Source: the human T2T-CHM13v2.0 reference genome, Homo sapiens
NCBI RefSeq assembly: GCF_009914755.1
Contig: NC_060927.1
Direction: 5' to 3' (one strand)
DNA: 64,000 nt
In this document: one piece after another, positions 17,051 through 29,920 of the stretch
How the letters are laid out: every line of letters begins with the position of its first letter
Position numbering within the stretch: position 1 is the first letter of the stretch
The notes under the pieces: model-generated
What the model saw: the letters and a program-made list of their open reading frames with translations, nothing else
Told to the model about the DNA's origin: nothing
Databases searched by the model: none
Translations under genes and position numbers: made by a program

Positions 17051-17704
17051 AATAACAACTTCTTTGAAGTCTCTTAAATTCAACACCTGGGTCCACCCAG
17101 ATTCAGCTGCAATTACCTTTTTTCCTTATTATGGGTCACACATCCCTGATTCCTCCATGTCTCATAATTTTGTGTTGAAAACTGGACATTAAAAAATATA
17201 TATATATTTATAGACAGACTATAGAATATATATATATGTTGCAACTCTATATTATGTCTTATTTAGGTTCATTTTGTTTCATTTTAGTAACTTATCTGTG
17301 CTTAAATTGAATGTCTCCTTTGCAATGCAAGGCCATTGATCTCTCTTCTCGATTTTTATACTAATAGTTATTTTTTAATTTGGCTTGCAAGAAGTTGCCC
17401 CTGCATTGGCAAAGCCACTTTATTGGTCCAGCCATGATTTTGGCAAAAGTTATGCTCAAATACTTAAATCCATTAGGCTTCCTCTCTTTATGCATAGATT
17501 TGTGTGTCAATCAGGGAGTGCATTCAAAGTTGCAGCCAGTTGTCCAGACTTCCTGGGCTTTTACATTTTGCTACGCTCTTTTGGGTCTCCCTGACTCAGT
17601 GTGTAGTTTCCTAGTCAGGGTATAATCTGTGAAGTCTTTATCTTAGCCATTCCATGACTCTAGTTTCCAGGATCTCCATGTTAAAGGTCTTTCTGGTCTA
17701 GCAC

Positions 17705-18059
17705 TGTCTTTGTTTTGTGCTGCTCTAACAGAATACCACAGACTGATACATTAGAAAGGATAGACATTTATCTTCTCACAGTTCTGGAGGTTGAAAATGT
17801 CCAAGATCAAGCCATTGACATCTGGTGAGGGCCTGCTTGCTAAATCCTCTGGAGGGGAGAAATGCCATGTCCTCACATGGTGGAAGGCAGAAGGGCAAGA
17901 GACAAAAGGGGAATTAACTCGCCCTTTTATAATGGCATTAATGCCACTCATGAAAGCTCTGTCCTATCACCTCCCAAAGGTTCCACCTTCTAATACTGAC
18001 ACAATGGCAACCAAATTTCAACATGCATTTCAGAGGGGAGAAGCATTCAAATCATAGCA
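17705..18059 (-). mobile_element. MaLR solo LTR (MST-like)
   Basis: tgtcttgttttgtgctgctctaacagaataccacagactg ... attcaaatcatagca. Confidence 0.8.
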
Positions 18060-21000
18060 GCCACTCACTCCAGATGGGAATACAAACCCAAACTAACCAA
18101 GCTTCAGGTTTTAGGCACCTACGAAGTTTGCTTCTGTTATGGGAAAAGGTGAAAGGTTTCTATCCCTAGACCTAATTTAAGTCTGCCCATTGTGGAAAAA
18201 AAGCTGCTGGTTTTTGCAACCAGCTCCATGTGGCTAAAACTACATTTCTTAATGACCAGGTTGGAGAAGGGAATGGATGGAGCTGAGGCAAAAAGATTGA
18301 AGTCTCCTGCTGTTTTTACTAAAGCTCTAGTGATTTTTCAATAAGAAATGCTTTGCAATTTAATGACTACCTTTAGTCAATTTCCACGGCCCTAAAATTG
18401 TTGTTGTTTTTTTAAACACATTTCCCCAGTTTTGTACTTGTCTGTTTTTACTGACCTCCTCATGTCCCCATAACCAGAAGTCTCTCATTCCTACACCCCA
18501 TATTTTGATATTTATATTGTATCTTTATTTAAAAACATATATTCATCACTATTCCCTTTGTTGTAACAATTATATATTCTTAGTGCTAAAGGTAAATAGA
18601 TAATCAACATTTACCACTAACCTTTATGTAAATGCATCTCCAGTTTGAAATGTATTCTATTGGAGAATCCTCAGGAAAGGCTCATAGCAGCAATATTCTC
18701 TGAGTTCTTGTGTAACTCTAACATCTTTCTGTAGTCTTTATTAAAAAAGACTTTATTAAAAAAGAATATAAAATCTTTGGCTCACATTTTCTTTCCCTGA
18801 GTATATTAACTATGTTACTCTATTGTTTTCTGGCAGAGGACTGCTATCAAAAAGCTAATAACAATCAGATTTTCTTTCCCCATGTTTGACTTTGCTCGAT
18901 ACTTTTATATGAACATGCTTAAAGTTGTCCATTCTGGGTCTATTTTCCTATTTTGCAGTATAATCGTTTAATGTGCAGTTTCTAGTCATTTTAAATTTTA
19001 TTATATTTTTCTTGAATTATAGTTTTTAATATTTGTTCTGTTCCATTGCTTTCATCTTTTTTCTTTAATGTCTTTTATTGTACATATATTTTTATCTTCT
19101 TTGCATATCATTTCCTTTGAATCTCTTTTATCAACTTTTTTCTTTTTTTATAATTACATATTGCTTTATTTATTTCAAAATTTCCCTCATTCTATTTTGA
19201 AAATGAACTTCAATGAATTAACTTTTGTGTTTCTGTGTTTCTGGTTTCATTCTAATTTTGTCTTAGTTTCTGGAGTGATTTTTAAAAATTTATTATTTCT
19301 AACCCTTTCTCGAATTTCGTTACCTATGTTTTGTAAGCTTTTTTCTTCCACTGGACTCATTGGGAACTTTCCAAAATTGTGCACAATTTCATCATTTTAT
19401 TTCTTTTAGCTCATTTTGAATAATTTGGCTATAGTTTTTATTTACTTTGTTGTCGTGTCTTGATAATATGCTCTCATTGTTGTAGGAATGTTATTTTGTT
19501 CTCTATTCTTTTTTTGCTTCTGGTATCTTTATAGGTTATTCTATCTCATTCCCTTTCTATCACTCATGCTTAAGTTAAATGCATTCTTATCACAGAGGAG
19601 TGGGCCAGCCTAGCTTTTCTAGAGTGTTCAGTATCCCTAAAGCCGCCTCTTCTGTTATTTTCAAGGTAAGTAATTTACCATTGTACTTTCTGAGTGTATT
19701 TCCTTTGCTTCTATCCCTCACTTTTACCTAAATTGCCTATTTGATTTCTCTTAGTGGACCTGTCCTGTCTTATTGGATTCTATGTCCAGCAGTTTTTTCT
19801 CCCCATGGCATGTGTCCTGAGAAGTCCTTTCTGCTCCAGCACTGACAACCTTTTTCTTATTTTTCTTGAAGACACTGGTGATTTGGTGCCCGCAAACTCT
19901 CTTCTCCATTTGAGCTACTATTCTTGGATTAATCTACCTGTCTTTCCAGTGATTACCTGTTACTAGGCAGAGGGAGGTGGTATGGGTTCTCTAGTTCTAA
20001 GATCCATCAGAAGCCCAGTTGATCTTCCTCTGTTTCTGCACAGTTACTGATAGCACAGTGGTTTAGTGGATTTTTCCCCACCAATTAAGAGGGATGTGTT
20101 GTTATTTAGTGTTCGTGTAGATATGATCTATGTATTTTTAGTTTTGTTACCCTATTTATCTTCTTTGTTTTTATAGAGGGTTTCAGGTATATTCAAAAAG
20201 TAATGCCACTTATACTGCCAGCTTCCCAGATTCTGGACAAAATTTACAAAAATGTAATACTTATGTATTTGACTGATGTTCATTAAAATATAACTAACAT
20301 ATTTGGATTGCATGGACTTCAGAGATATTCAGTATATTTTAAATAAATATATATAAGTAAAACAATTACAATAATTTAAGAATAAAATTAGATAGTAGTA
20401 ATGGTCTTATGCAAATATGGCAAAAAATGATGATAGTAGAGATGGTATAGAAACAACTCCATTTGGAAGTGCTGTGATAGCTAAGTGATTTTTTTTCTCC
20501 TTAAGGGACAGGGGTCTTTTTTTTCAATTATGGGCTTGGAGTACTATTTGGAAACAGCAGTGGAGAGCAAGGAAAGCACTGATCCCACCTCCAGAACTTG
20601 AGGAATTAGAGTGCAAGAAAATATATAACCACTATTTGGAAATGCTGTGGGGAAGATGTACCCTAATGGGAAGATCTGGTTTTAATTAGGAAAAGGAGGA
20701 GGAAAGAGTTATTGGTAAAGAAGATAGATGATATTGATAAGAGATTAAAATATAACAAAGATCTAAAGGCTAGATATAAAATTTATAAACAGAAATATGC
20801 CATTAAAATGTATACTGTTATATAGCATATATTTATATATATATTTATATATATAATTTTTAGCCCTAAATTGGTGCTTTAATCTTCAGTTTCCTTTTCC
20901 TTGATCAGAAAGACTATAAAACTTCATAACCTAGCCTTTGCCTTTTTATTTTGATGGACTAATACTGTATAAAAGTTATACCGTTTTATAACATATATAT

Positions 21001-21639
21001 ATATATTCACAATGTTAGTAGCAATAAGAATGTTCATACTCAATGATCCATTAATTATACCTCAGAGAATTTATCTTAAGTAGCTGAATGGTCAGAAGAA
21101 AGCTATTAGCATGAGGATGATCCTTGCTATATAGCATGTAATGGTTTAAAATAAAGTAAAAAGTCCAAACTGAAAGAGCATAATGATTCAATAATTGGAA
21201 ATGACTAAATGAATGATGATTAGTATATATGATAAAATGACATGAAGCCCCCATAAATTTAAATCACCTGTAGTTCAAGAATCACACAAAACATTCTAAA
21301 GTAACAACATATATAACATTCATTGGTAAACAGGATTGCAGACTATGAGAATACATGCATGTATGCAAACAAGATTTGAATATAGAAAAAAGAATATAAG
21401 ATTTTTAGGATATTTAGATGGTAGAGTTGCCTTTATTTGTAAACTTCTTTTGATGCTATAGTTTAGTCACAAATTTATATGTATGTATATAAAACTTTCC
21501 CAATAGGAGAGACTACAAAATGGATATTTATCTTCTATTACCTTAAAAATGAAAATAATTAACACTGCTTCCTCAAAGTTTCCTTATATATGTTTGTGTC
21601 ATTCCTTTGTGGGAGGAATGTTTATAAACTCTGGGAAGA

Positions 21640-21985
21640 CTGTTAGATATGAAGACTGTAAAAAGAACAGAATTTTAGGGCAGGAAAACTATTATGTATG
21701 ATACTATAACTGTGGACACATGTCATTATACATTTGTCCAAACCCATAGAATGTGCAAAATTAAGAGTAAACCCTAATGTAAACTATGAACTTTGGGTGA
21801 TAATGAAGTGCCAGTGTGGGTTCGTTAATTGTAACAAATGTACCGCTGTGGAACAGGATGTCCACAGTGGGGGAGGCTGTGGGTGGGTAGAGGTAGTAGA
21901 TATACTGGGAACTTTGTACTTTCTGCTCAATTTTGCTGTGAACCTAAAACTACTCCAAAAAATAAAGTCCAACAAAATAAAAAGA
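21640..21985 (+). mobile_element. L1MC-type 3' end fragment
   Basis: catgtcattatacatttgtccaaacccatagaatgt...aaccctaatgtaaactatgaactttggg...aacctaaaactactcc plus A-rich tail. Confidence 0.75.
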
Positions 21986-22337
21986 CAGTTAAGGCTAGGT
22001 TATGAAGTTTTGTATTCTATCTGATCAAGGAAATGGAACCTGAAGATTAAAGCACCAATTTGGGGCCAAAGCAGAACATGCCAAATCATGAGTTTGATTC
22101 TGTTGGGGTCATTTCCTTGTAATTTTTCAGTGTTTAGCAACAATTCTGTGCTCCTCAGTGACTCTGTTTAGCCACTTATACAATGAGGGCTATCGTGGGA
22201 GTTTGCCTCTCTTTTTCATAGGTGTACCCTGAGGACAGATGAATCCCTATACTAAAACTGTTTTTGTCTCTTTGATAAAAAGCACTTTACAAACCAATCA
22301 GAGATTCACATATTTTCTACCTTATGTTTTGTTACAG

Positions 22338-22462
22338 TTACAGCAGATGAATGGAACAGCAACCATACGATAGAAATAGAGATAAATCAGACTCTGGAAA
22401 TACCATGCTTTCAAAATAGCTCCTCAAAAATTTCATCTGAGTTCACCTATGCATGGTCGGTG
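22338..22462 (+). CDS. CD96: CD96 exon 3 (start of Ig domain D2), 125 nt
   Basis: gttacAG|TT ACA GCA GAT GAA TGG = (V)TADEWNSNHTIEIEINQTLEIPCFQNSSSKISSEFTYAWSV; donor GTG|GTAAGT. Confidence 0.96.
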
Positions 22463-24596
22463 GTAAGTGTTGCCCTTTTCAGTGAATAACCTCAATGGTC
22501 TTTAAACATTAACGAAGTAAAATGAATAAGCAGTAATAATAGGGAAGGAAGCATACAAATAACAGGCAGGCATTATGCCAGTGGTGGGAAGAGGGGTAGG
22601 GAAGGAAGGAGAGGTCACTCAGATTCCTTCTCACAGGCAAGCCTCTGAGTCTATGAATGCAGTGAATTAATTTATAAATTTGCTTCTAAAGATTGATTTT
22701 TACTTCTATCTATATACCAAACCATGGTTACAGAAAGAACAAAGTGTGATAGTGCCCTAGAAAGGAGCCATATTCAGCAGAAGCCCCTACTCACAGATAC
22801 TTGTTTCACAAACAACATATGCAGAGCTACAGACTCCTTTCTCCAAAAACACTTATTACTACATCCTGGGAAATATCCAACATTGGGTTAGATAGGGAAG
22901 CACAGACTCTAATGCTTGTGAAATATAAGCAGCAAATGTATATGAGACGAGCAGGCCTTGTATAAGAAACAGTCACTGCCCAGCTCTTGTAATGCCACAG
23001 GGGGCTGCAGGCCTATAGTTGCATGCCTTCTCATTAAAAAACAAAAAACAGACAAACAAACAAAAGCCAGAAATCTGGATTTTTATGAAAAATTTTCCAA
23101 TTTTAAAAATGATGTGTAGAGCAAAAATGAATAGTGGTCTATTATTTTGATGTTAGAGCAAAAATAAGTACTGGTCTATTATTTTGCTAAGACACTGTAA
23201 AATATAACTCTAATTATAAATTTAAAAAATTTCACTGAGGATTCACTTTGGCAGTTATGGTGGGCCAACTATTAAGTTGCTTAACATGCTTAACATGTCC
23301 TGTGATGACTAAATTCTCCCACTACTTTTCTCTCCTTGAAATACTGCAGAGTTCATCTATACAGATCTTTATCTAATCGGATTTATGATTTAATTTGGCC
23401 TGTCCCTTAACAAAACTGCATCAGTTATCTACTTTGTCTGCCTTTGTTATTTTATCCTTAGTCTACATTGTTCTGCCTAATGCATCAGTTTATTTTTAAA
23501 ATCTAAATTTAATCTTAAAAACTAAAATTGAGCTTTTTCTCATAACACGTAAACAAAATCAACATGAGGATAATAATAAATATGAAAGAATTGTGTCATT
23601 ATAACTTTAATGTTAGTCAACCAAATGGCAGCCAGCTACTAACCAGTGTATACAGTAAACCCCTAAAACTGTTAAAAACAAATGACAACAAAGAGACAAA
23701 CACAATTATAGAGGTGATCATAAACATGATTTCAAGAATCACATAATAGGGCATTCATTTAGATGATACAGAATATGATTACTGTATGTTAATTTTTATA
23801 TTTTTGTCAAAATGAAAACAAAGGATTTAAAAATTCTTATGAAACTCACAGATTCTCATGAATGTAACAGCTGGCACAATTTGGAAAATACTGTGATTCA
23901 GATGGCTGATTATTCATATTACAAGCTACCTAGATTTTTGTGGACAGTCTTGGAAACTAGACCCTATATATAAAAACATTTCCTTGGGTTTGTGCCAAAC
24001 CCAAAATAATTGACTTGTACTAAAAACTTTAAATACAACCTACTGATAATTTTTCACTGTCTAGGTATTTTTCAGATAGTAAATAATAAAAAGAATTATA
24101 TTTTAAAATAACTTTCCCAAATGGTTGTAAAACCTACAGTATCTCTTTGTCATCTGTCACAAAACTCGTCTGCCCTTTTATAGGATTTGCTTTCCAAAAA
24201 GTAAGTCTTCCTGGACAGTAGGCCTATCATTAGGATGAGTATAAGTCCATTGTTCTTAATAAACATGATGCAACATAGTTCTGAGAAAAAGGTTAATTAA
24301 GTGAGATAATTTCAGGAGGACAGAAATGTACTATACTAAACCTTTTAGTAATGAAATGCATAGCTTGCTTAATATTTTCCACCAACAGAGCAGAAAGTTC
24401 CTATCCCAGTTATCACAAATTCATTAACAATGGCAACTGGTTTAATAAAGCCTTACTGTAGATATTTTTACTGTAGTGTTCTTATCTTGTCTCATGGGTA
24501 TGTAATCTGTTTTTCTAAGCAAATGTAAAGCCTTCAGTATGTGTCTTTTATGTGAGTCTGAGCTTCTCCTGGACAAAAAGTTGTATCTCTCATTTC

Positions 24597-26050
24597 TTTT
24601 TTTTTCCAAAGTATAAATTCATATTTTGTAGGAAATGTAGTTTACAAAACAGTATCAATCGCTACCCCCAATCCAGATGACCCACTTTCCTCCGAAGGGG
24701 GACGTTTAGGTCCTATTCCACTGGGCAAGGGTAAAATGATTCAGTAGTCTTCCAGGTTAACAGTAAATTCTTCTCCCAAGGCTGGGGCCGTCAAGGCACA
24801 GTCTGTATGAGGCTCACCCTGTCTGACCCTAGGCTGGGGCTGCTTGCTCGGTAGGCAGGAATTGGGGTGGGGGTGGGGGCTCAGGGAAGGGTCTGCACCC
24901 TGAGACTTCTGCTTACAGGAGGGTGCTGGGAAAACCCTGCCTTGGGTTGGGGAATCCCCTCTCTCCCACCTTTGGGGAATAGGGTGGGGAGGGGGTAAGT
25001 GGGACCCTGCTGCCTGGAGGGCTCAGGTCTGAGCAGCAGGGAGCCCTTAGTGCCCACTCCAGCAGACCTATTGGGAATTTACTACCTGAAGACAAATTAT
25101 AGGTCTAGGGTCTTCTTTGTGATTTTGGGGGAGTCGAGGCATTGGGGGGTGAGAGGTATGGTCTAAGGTCACAGTCTGGGAGAGGAGTCCTTGGGATCAA
25201 AGGTTGTGCAGAAGCACCTTCCCCACCTCCTGCCTCATGAGATAAGGTTGCCAGGATTCCATTATCATGGTGAATTTCTCTGGGCTCGTGGGTTAGGGGT
25301 CACAGTGGAGCCACCAAGGTAGAAATCACAAATGGGACGCATGTGTGTTAACTGACAGTGGCCTGGCCAGACATCAGGGGGCACTAGATCCTTGGCAAGA
25401 AAGCTAAGGGATCAACAGGTGAGATGTGAGACACCAGGCGCATGGCAGCTCACACGTACATGGCCCGGGACATGACAAAGCATTTGCCCTGGTAGGAATC
25501 AGAGGGGCTGCTGTAGGACAGAGCATCATAGATGGGGTTGATCTTGTCCAGATACTCTTCCTCCTCCTCCCCCTCCTCATCCTCTAGATCCAGGGAAACG
25601 TCTTCCAAAGCAGGTGGCCCTGGAGGCACCGGGATGGGGGACCCCAGGCTTGTGGCTCCAGGGTGCAAGGGTCCTGACCGCTCTTCCAAGGTGGGCAGCT
25701 CATGGTATCGAGGCATTTCCTGCTCAGTGCATGAGGCGCCAGCGTCAAAGTAGGGGGTCTTGAGTGGGCTGTGCTCTGAGGCCACCAGAGTGAAAAGCTG
25801 GGAGGGCATCTCCTGCTCCTCCAGCTTCTCTTTTGGGGTCAGCGGCTTGTAGGAGGGAGGTCCCTCCAGGCTGTGGGGTAGGAGGTAGGTCAAGTGGAGA
25901 CTAAGACCCGGGCATCCCTCTGAATCCAGGGTTACAGCACATGCTGTTCCCTCTATCTGGGTCCCCCTTTTCCCTGCCCCCTTTTCTTGCCTGGAGTAAG
26001 AGTTTTTTTGTTTTGTTTTGGTTTTTGGTTTTTGGTTTTTTTTTTTATTG
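24597..26050 (-). pseudogene. 5'-truncated, partially processed retrocopy of NECTIN2 (PVRL2/CD112, delta isoform): last coding exons, 3' UTR and poly(A)
   Basis: 25870->25450 translates LEGPPSYKPLTPKEKLEEQEMPSQLFTL...EEEEEYLDKINPIYDALSYSSPSDSYQGKCFVMSRAMYV*, nearly identical to the nectin-2 delta tail as I recall it; no introns within this stretch; GC-rich UTR; T9 at 24597-24605; TSD CTCATTTC (24589-24596 and 26051-26058). Confidence 0.93.
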
Positions 26051-26689
26051 CTCATTTCAAAAATCTCCAGCATCTAGTATAGAGTCTAGAGCATAGGTAC
26101 TCATAAATACTTAATAAATACTTGAATTAATTTATTTCTATTTGTCCCCTTTCCCCACAGTCTTATTCATTGTTCTCATATTAAATTAATGATCACTAAA
26201 TTCATGCTGTTTGATTGTTTAATGAGTGGCAGCTCATTAAGTATCAAAGACTTGACAACTGATGAGTCACCGTTTATCAAGTAGCTTCCTTTAAAGAAAC
26301 TAAGAAGGCCATGTAGACATTACCTTTGGATTCTGCCAGGACATTTAGAGTAAATGAATGCCAGAGAGTGCATCTAAGGTCACACAGTGAGAGGGTGAAT
26401 CTTAAACATCCACTAGAACCTCAAGCCATGCTGCCACTTTAAAGAATGCACCATGATACCAACAACTTGAAGAATCTTTCTAAAGAAACCTTTCTTCAAA
26501 GGGAACATGGTGTTGGCAAATGTGCTGATTAAAATCCTATGGTACATTTCCTTTCAAAATGTCAAAATCTATTTGCTCCTCTCATTTACATCTATGCCCC
26601 ACAATATTGATGGCTGTAGGATTCAGCCAGTCTATTAAACCATCTAATGTCCTTATAAAGTAGATTACATAGGGTGGTTATAGTCTCCC

Positions 26690-27223
26690 TTAAATGAGAA
26701 CAAACTTCCTAAATAAGTGGAGGGAACAAACTGCCTGACAGTTCATAAACCACACCCTGGGCTCATGGTTAGAACATCCCACAGCAAGGAAGTAAAGGAA
26801 CAGAATGGAAAAATCCCCACATTCATGCAAGTGCAGAAACCCATGATTAGTGTCTTTGGGCTGACCTATGCTCATCATAATGGTAAAAAACACACCCATG
26901 AGTAGAGATTTAAGATGTTAATGAGACATGCCATGTATCTACCCGCACGTACAACAATAGCACATGCACATCGGGAGGACCACCCCGAACATGCTTAATA
27001 GCAACACACCTTCCCAACCCTTCATGAATAATCATATGAGACTCTCATAAAGGGAGTTTCCCTAGTGTCAGTCAGCATCATCTCACCTTTGAGTAGCCCG
27101 CTGTGATCAGCGGTGAGTGTACTTTTGCTTTGCAGTAAGCTCTCTTACCTCTTTTCATTTTGAACTTGCTCTCAAATTCTTTTGTGTGGTAAAGTCAAAA
27201 ACAAACTGGTGCCACTGGCAACA
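26690..27223 (+). mobile_element. ERV solo LTR, family not assigned; 5' boundary approximate
   Basis: LTR-like layout: TATA-like cataaa, gagtgtacttttgctttgcagtaagc (degenerate poly(A) region), terminal ...ggcaaca. Confidence 0.65.
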
Positions 27224-29051
27224 CTTATATTAGGGAATAAACTACAACTCTTAGTATCATAATTGTTACATGTCTGCAAAGGACACAAATATTCCAGCCA
27301 ATCCATATTTTTGGTCTTTAATCTCTTCTTAAACTAAGAATAAGAATCATAAGATAAGCCTATTGTTCTTACAAACATATATAATCTCTTTAGAAAGAGA
27401 TTACAACATAGAAATGATGAAGGTGAGCTCAGGAGAGCAGAAACTTCCTATACTGAACTCTGGGAAGTTTCAAAGGCCTTCTGCCCCAAGTGACTCATGA
27501 AACCCTGGAAACAATTTACAAACTAAAATTATCTAAGTCACTGAAAAACAAAAGTGATGTCTTCCTGTTTGTGGAATTTTATAAAAGCTAATTAATTCAA
27601 TTATGACCCTCATAGGAAAGGTTATAATTGGGATTCTGTCTCATAAAATAAACTCTTATGCCACATCTGCCTGATCTCATGCCAAGGCTGTGTTAAGTGT
27701 GTTAATGGGACAGACTCTGCATTTTGGGAAGTTACATCGCAGGACTGGGAATACACTGAGGTAGACGGGCATCAGGTGCAAATGGACAGTGTATCTAACA
27801 TTCATCCAGCATGAGGGGTAACTAAGTAAACACAAAGGGTTAACTCTCTAATGGAAACTAATAATCTACGTGAATGGAGGAGTAATATATAAGAAATCCT
27901 AGAATATGTGTACTTAGATGGGATGCAGTTGGAAGCTGAAAGATAAGTGGTATTTTTTCCCATCTTATGCATTGGGACATAAGCATATAGTCATGAGGGA
28001 AGTTCTGCAGGCTTATTCTGGAAGCTTCTAAATATACTCTAATATTCTGTTTTCATAGCAAACTATCATCCTTGTTTCCCACAGCATGAATTTCAGTTCA
28101 GTCCAATAAACATATATGAATCTGTTTTGAGCACTAAGTCCTGCAGGGATACAAAACTATATTGGACATATTTCCTACCATGACATACACCTTTAATAAA
28201 AATGTTAAAAACGGCAGCATGGGGAAAATAGTTCAATTCCGACTAGATGAACCTGGGAAAGCTTCTTAGAAAAGGTTATATCTGAGCTGGATAATTAAAT
28301 AGTTGGCTAGCAAAAGACAGACATATACTACACCAAGACCCTGGGACCTTTAAGTACAAATTGGTAGTGCAGACGGGAAAATGCATAAGAGGGAATATTT
28401 GTTCCCAAAGTCAGTGAAAATAAAGAAATTCACGATTTTTCTCTTTAAAATCATGAAGAGAAGGACAAGAATATTTCCAATTCAAACAATTCAATATTAG
28501 TGACAAAAGCACATAACTATAGATTCTCATCTATCTTAAAATTTTTATCTATAAATATATCTTCAACATGCTCTTATTTAATATTTGTGCTATTTATGTT
28601 AAAAGGTAAGTGGTACTATAGACAATGTTTGTTATGCTTATGGATGCCTCACTATTCAGAAAACAAAACTGTAACCTCTTACCTGATGGCAGCTGATTCT
28701 AATTGTCTTTAATAAAAAAATGAAGTGCCAACCAAACTACAAAGTGTTGATAACCAACAGCAATGGTTAGAAATATATTGTTCTGGTGCTCTAGAAAATG
28801 GATGTGGGGAGCTTTGCAAGCAGCTTGCTTTGACAGCACTGACTGGATGGAGAATAAATGGAGGAAATGTGAAGATAAGAAACAGTTTGGAGAAAAAAGG
28901 AGTAGCAATCAATACAGTTAACAGCAGTTATTGAATGAGCTCTGTACACTCAGCACCTGCCATGTGCTGTGGTCAGTGCAGCCAGCTCTGACATGGAGCT
29001 GGTTTCAAGGAGCTCAGGATAGCTCAGAGATGAAATATCATCACTAAATCA

Positions 29052-29286
29052 AGGAGGTTGAACATCCCAAGTCTGAAAACCTGAAATTCAAAATGCTCCA
29101 AAATCTGAAACTTTTTTAGCGCACACATGATGCTCAAAAGAAATGTTCAATGGATCATTTCAGATTTCAGATTTTCAGATTTAAGATGTTCAACTGGCAT
29201 AATGTAAATAGTCCAAAATCCAAAACATCTGAGCCTGAAACATTTCTGATACCAAGCATTTCAGATAAGGGTTACTCAACCTGTAG
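29052..29286. mobile_element. Tigger4a/MER46-like TcMar MITE
   Basis: Imperfect inverted termini aggttgaacatccc ... gggttactcaacctgta; internal aaatgctccaaaatctgaaactttttt. Confidence 0.8.
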
Positions 29287-29602
29287 TACAAAGATTCCTG
29301 TTCTAAATTGAAAATTTTGATTCTAGTTCAAAAACAAAGCCTAAATGACTTATTTTAGGATTTGTCAAGTATTTAAGGGACATATAACAGCAGTTTCATG
29401 ATTCAATAAGATCCCTTTCAGCAGTTATCATGCTAATTATTTTATCAAGCTCCTATACATAATTTAATTATGCATTTGTTTCTTTTCTGTGGCTCCTGAT
29501 TTTCATATTTGTTTGTGTGTACATGTTTGTTCTTCTCCTTAAGTATATTTTTAGTGCAAAAAATCTATTTAAAAATTATATTTAAAAATATGAATTTTTA
29601 GA

Positions 29603-29920
<318 letters not shown>

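Noticed and set aside
23110-23186. Two-copy tandem repeat of about 38 bp (a similar case lies at about 10481-10545)
   Set aside because: Simple local duplications without spacers; not an array or CRISPR-like structure.
24835-25010. G-run cluster suggesting a G-quadruplex
   Set aside because: Inherited from the C-rich NECTIN2 3' UTR within the retrocopy; not an independent feature.
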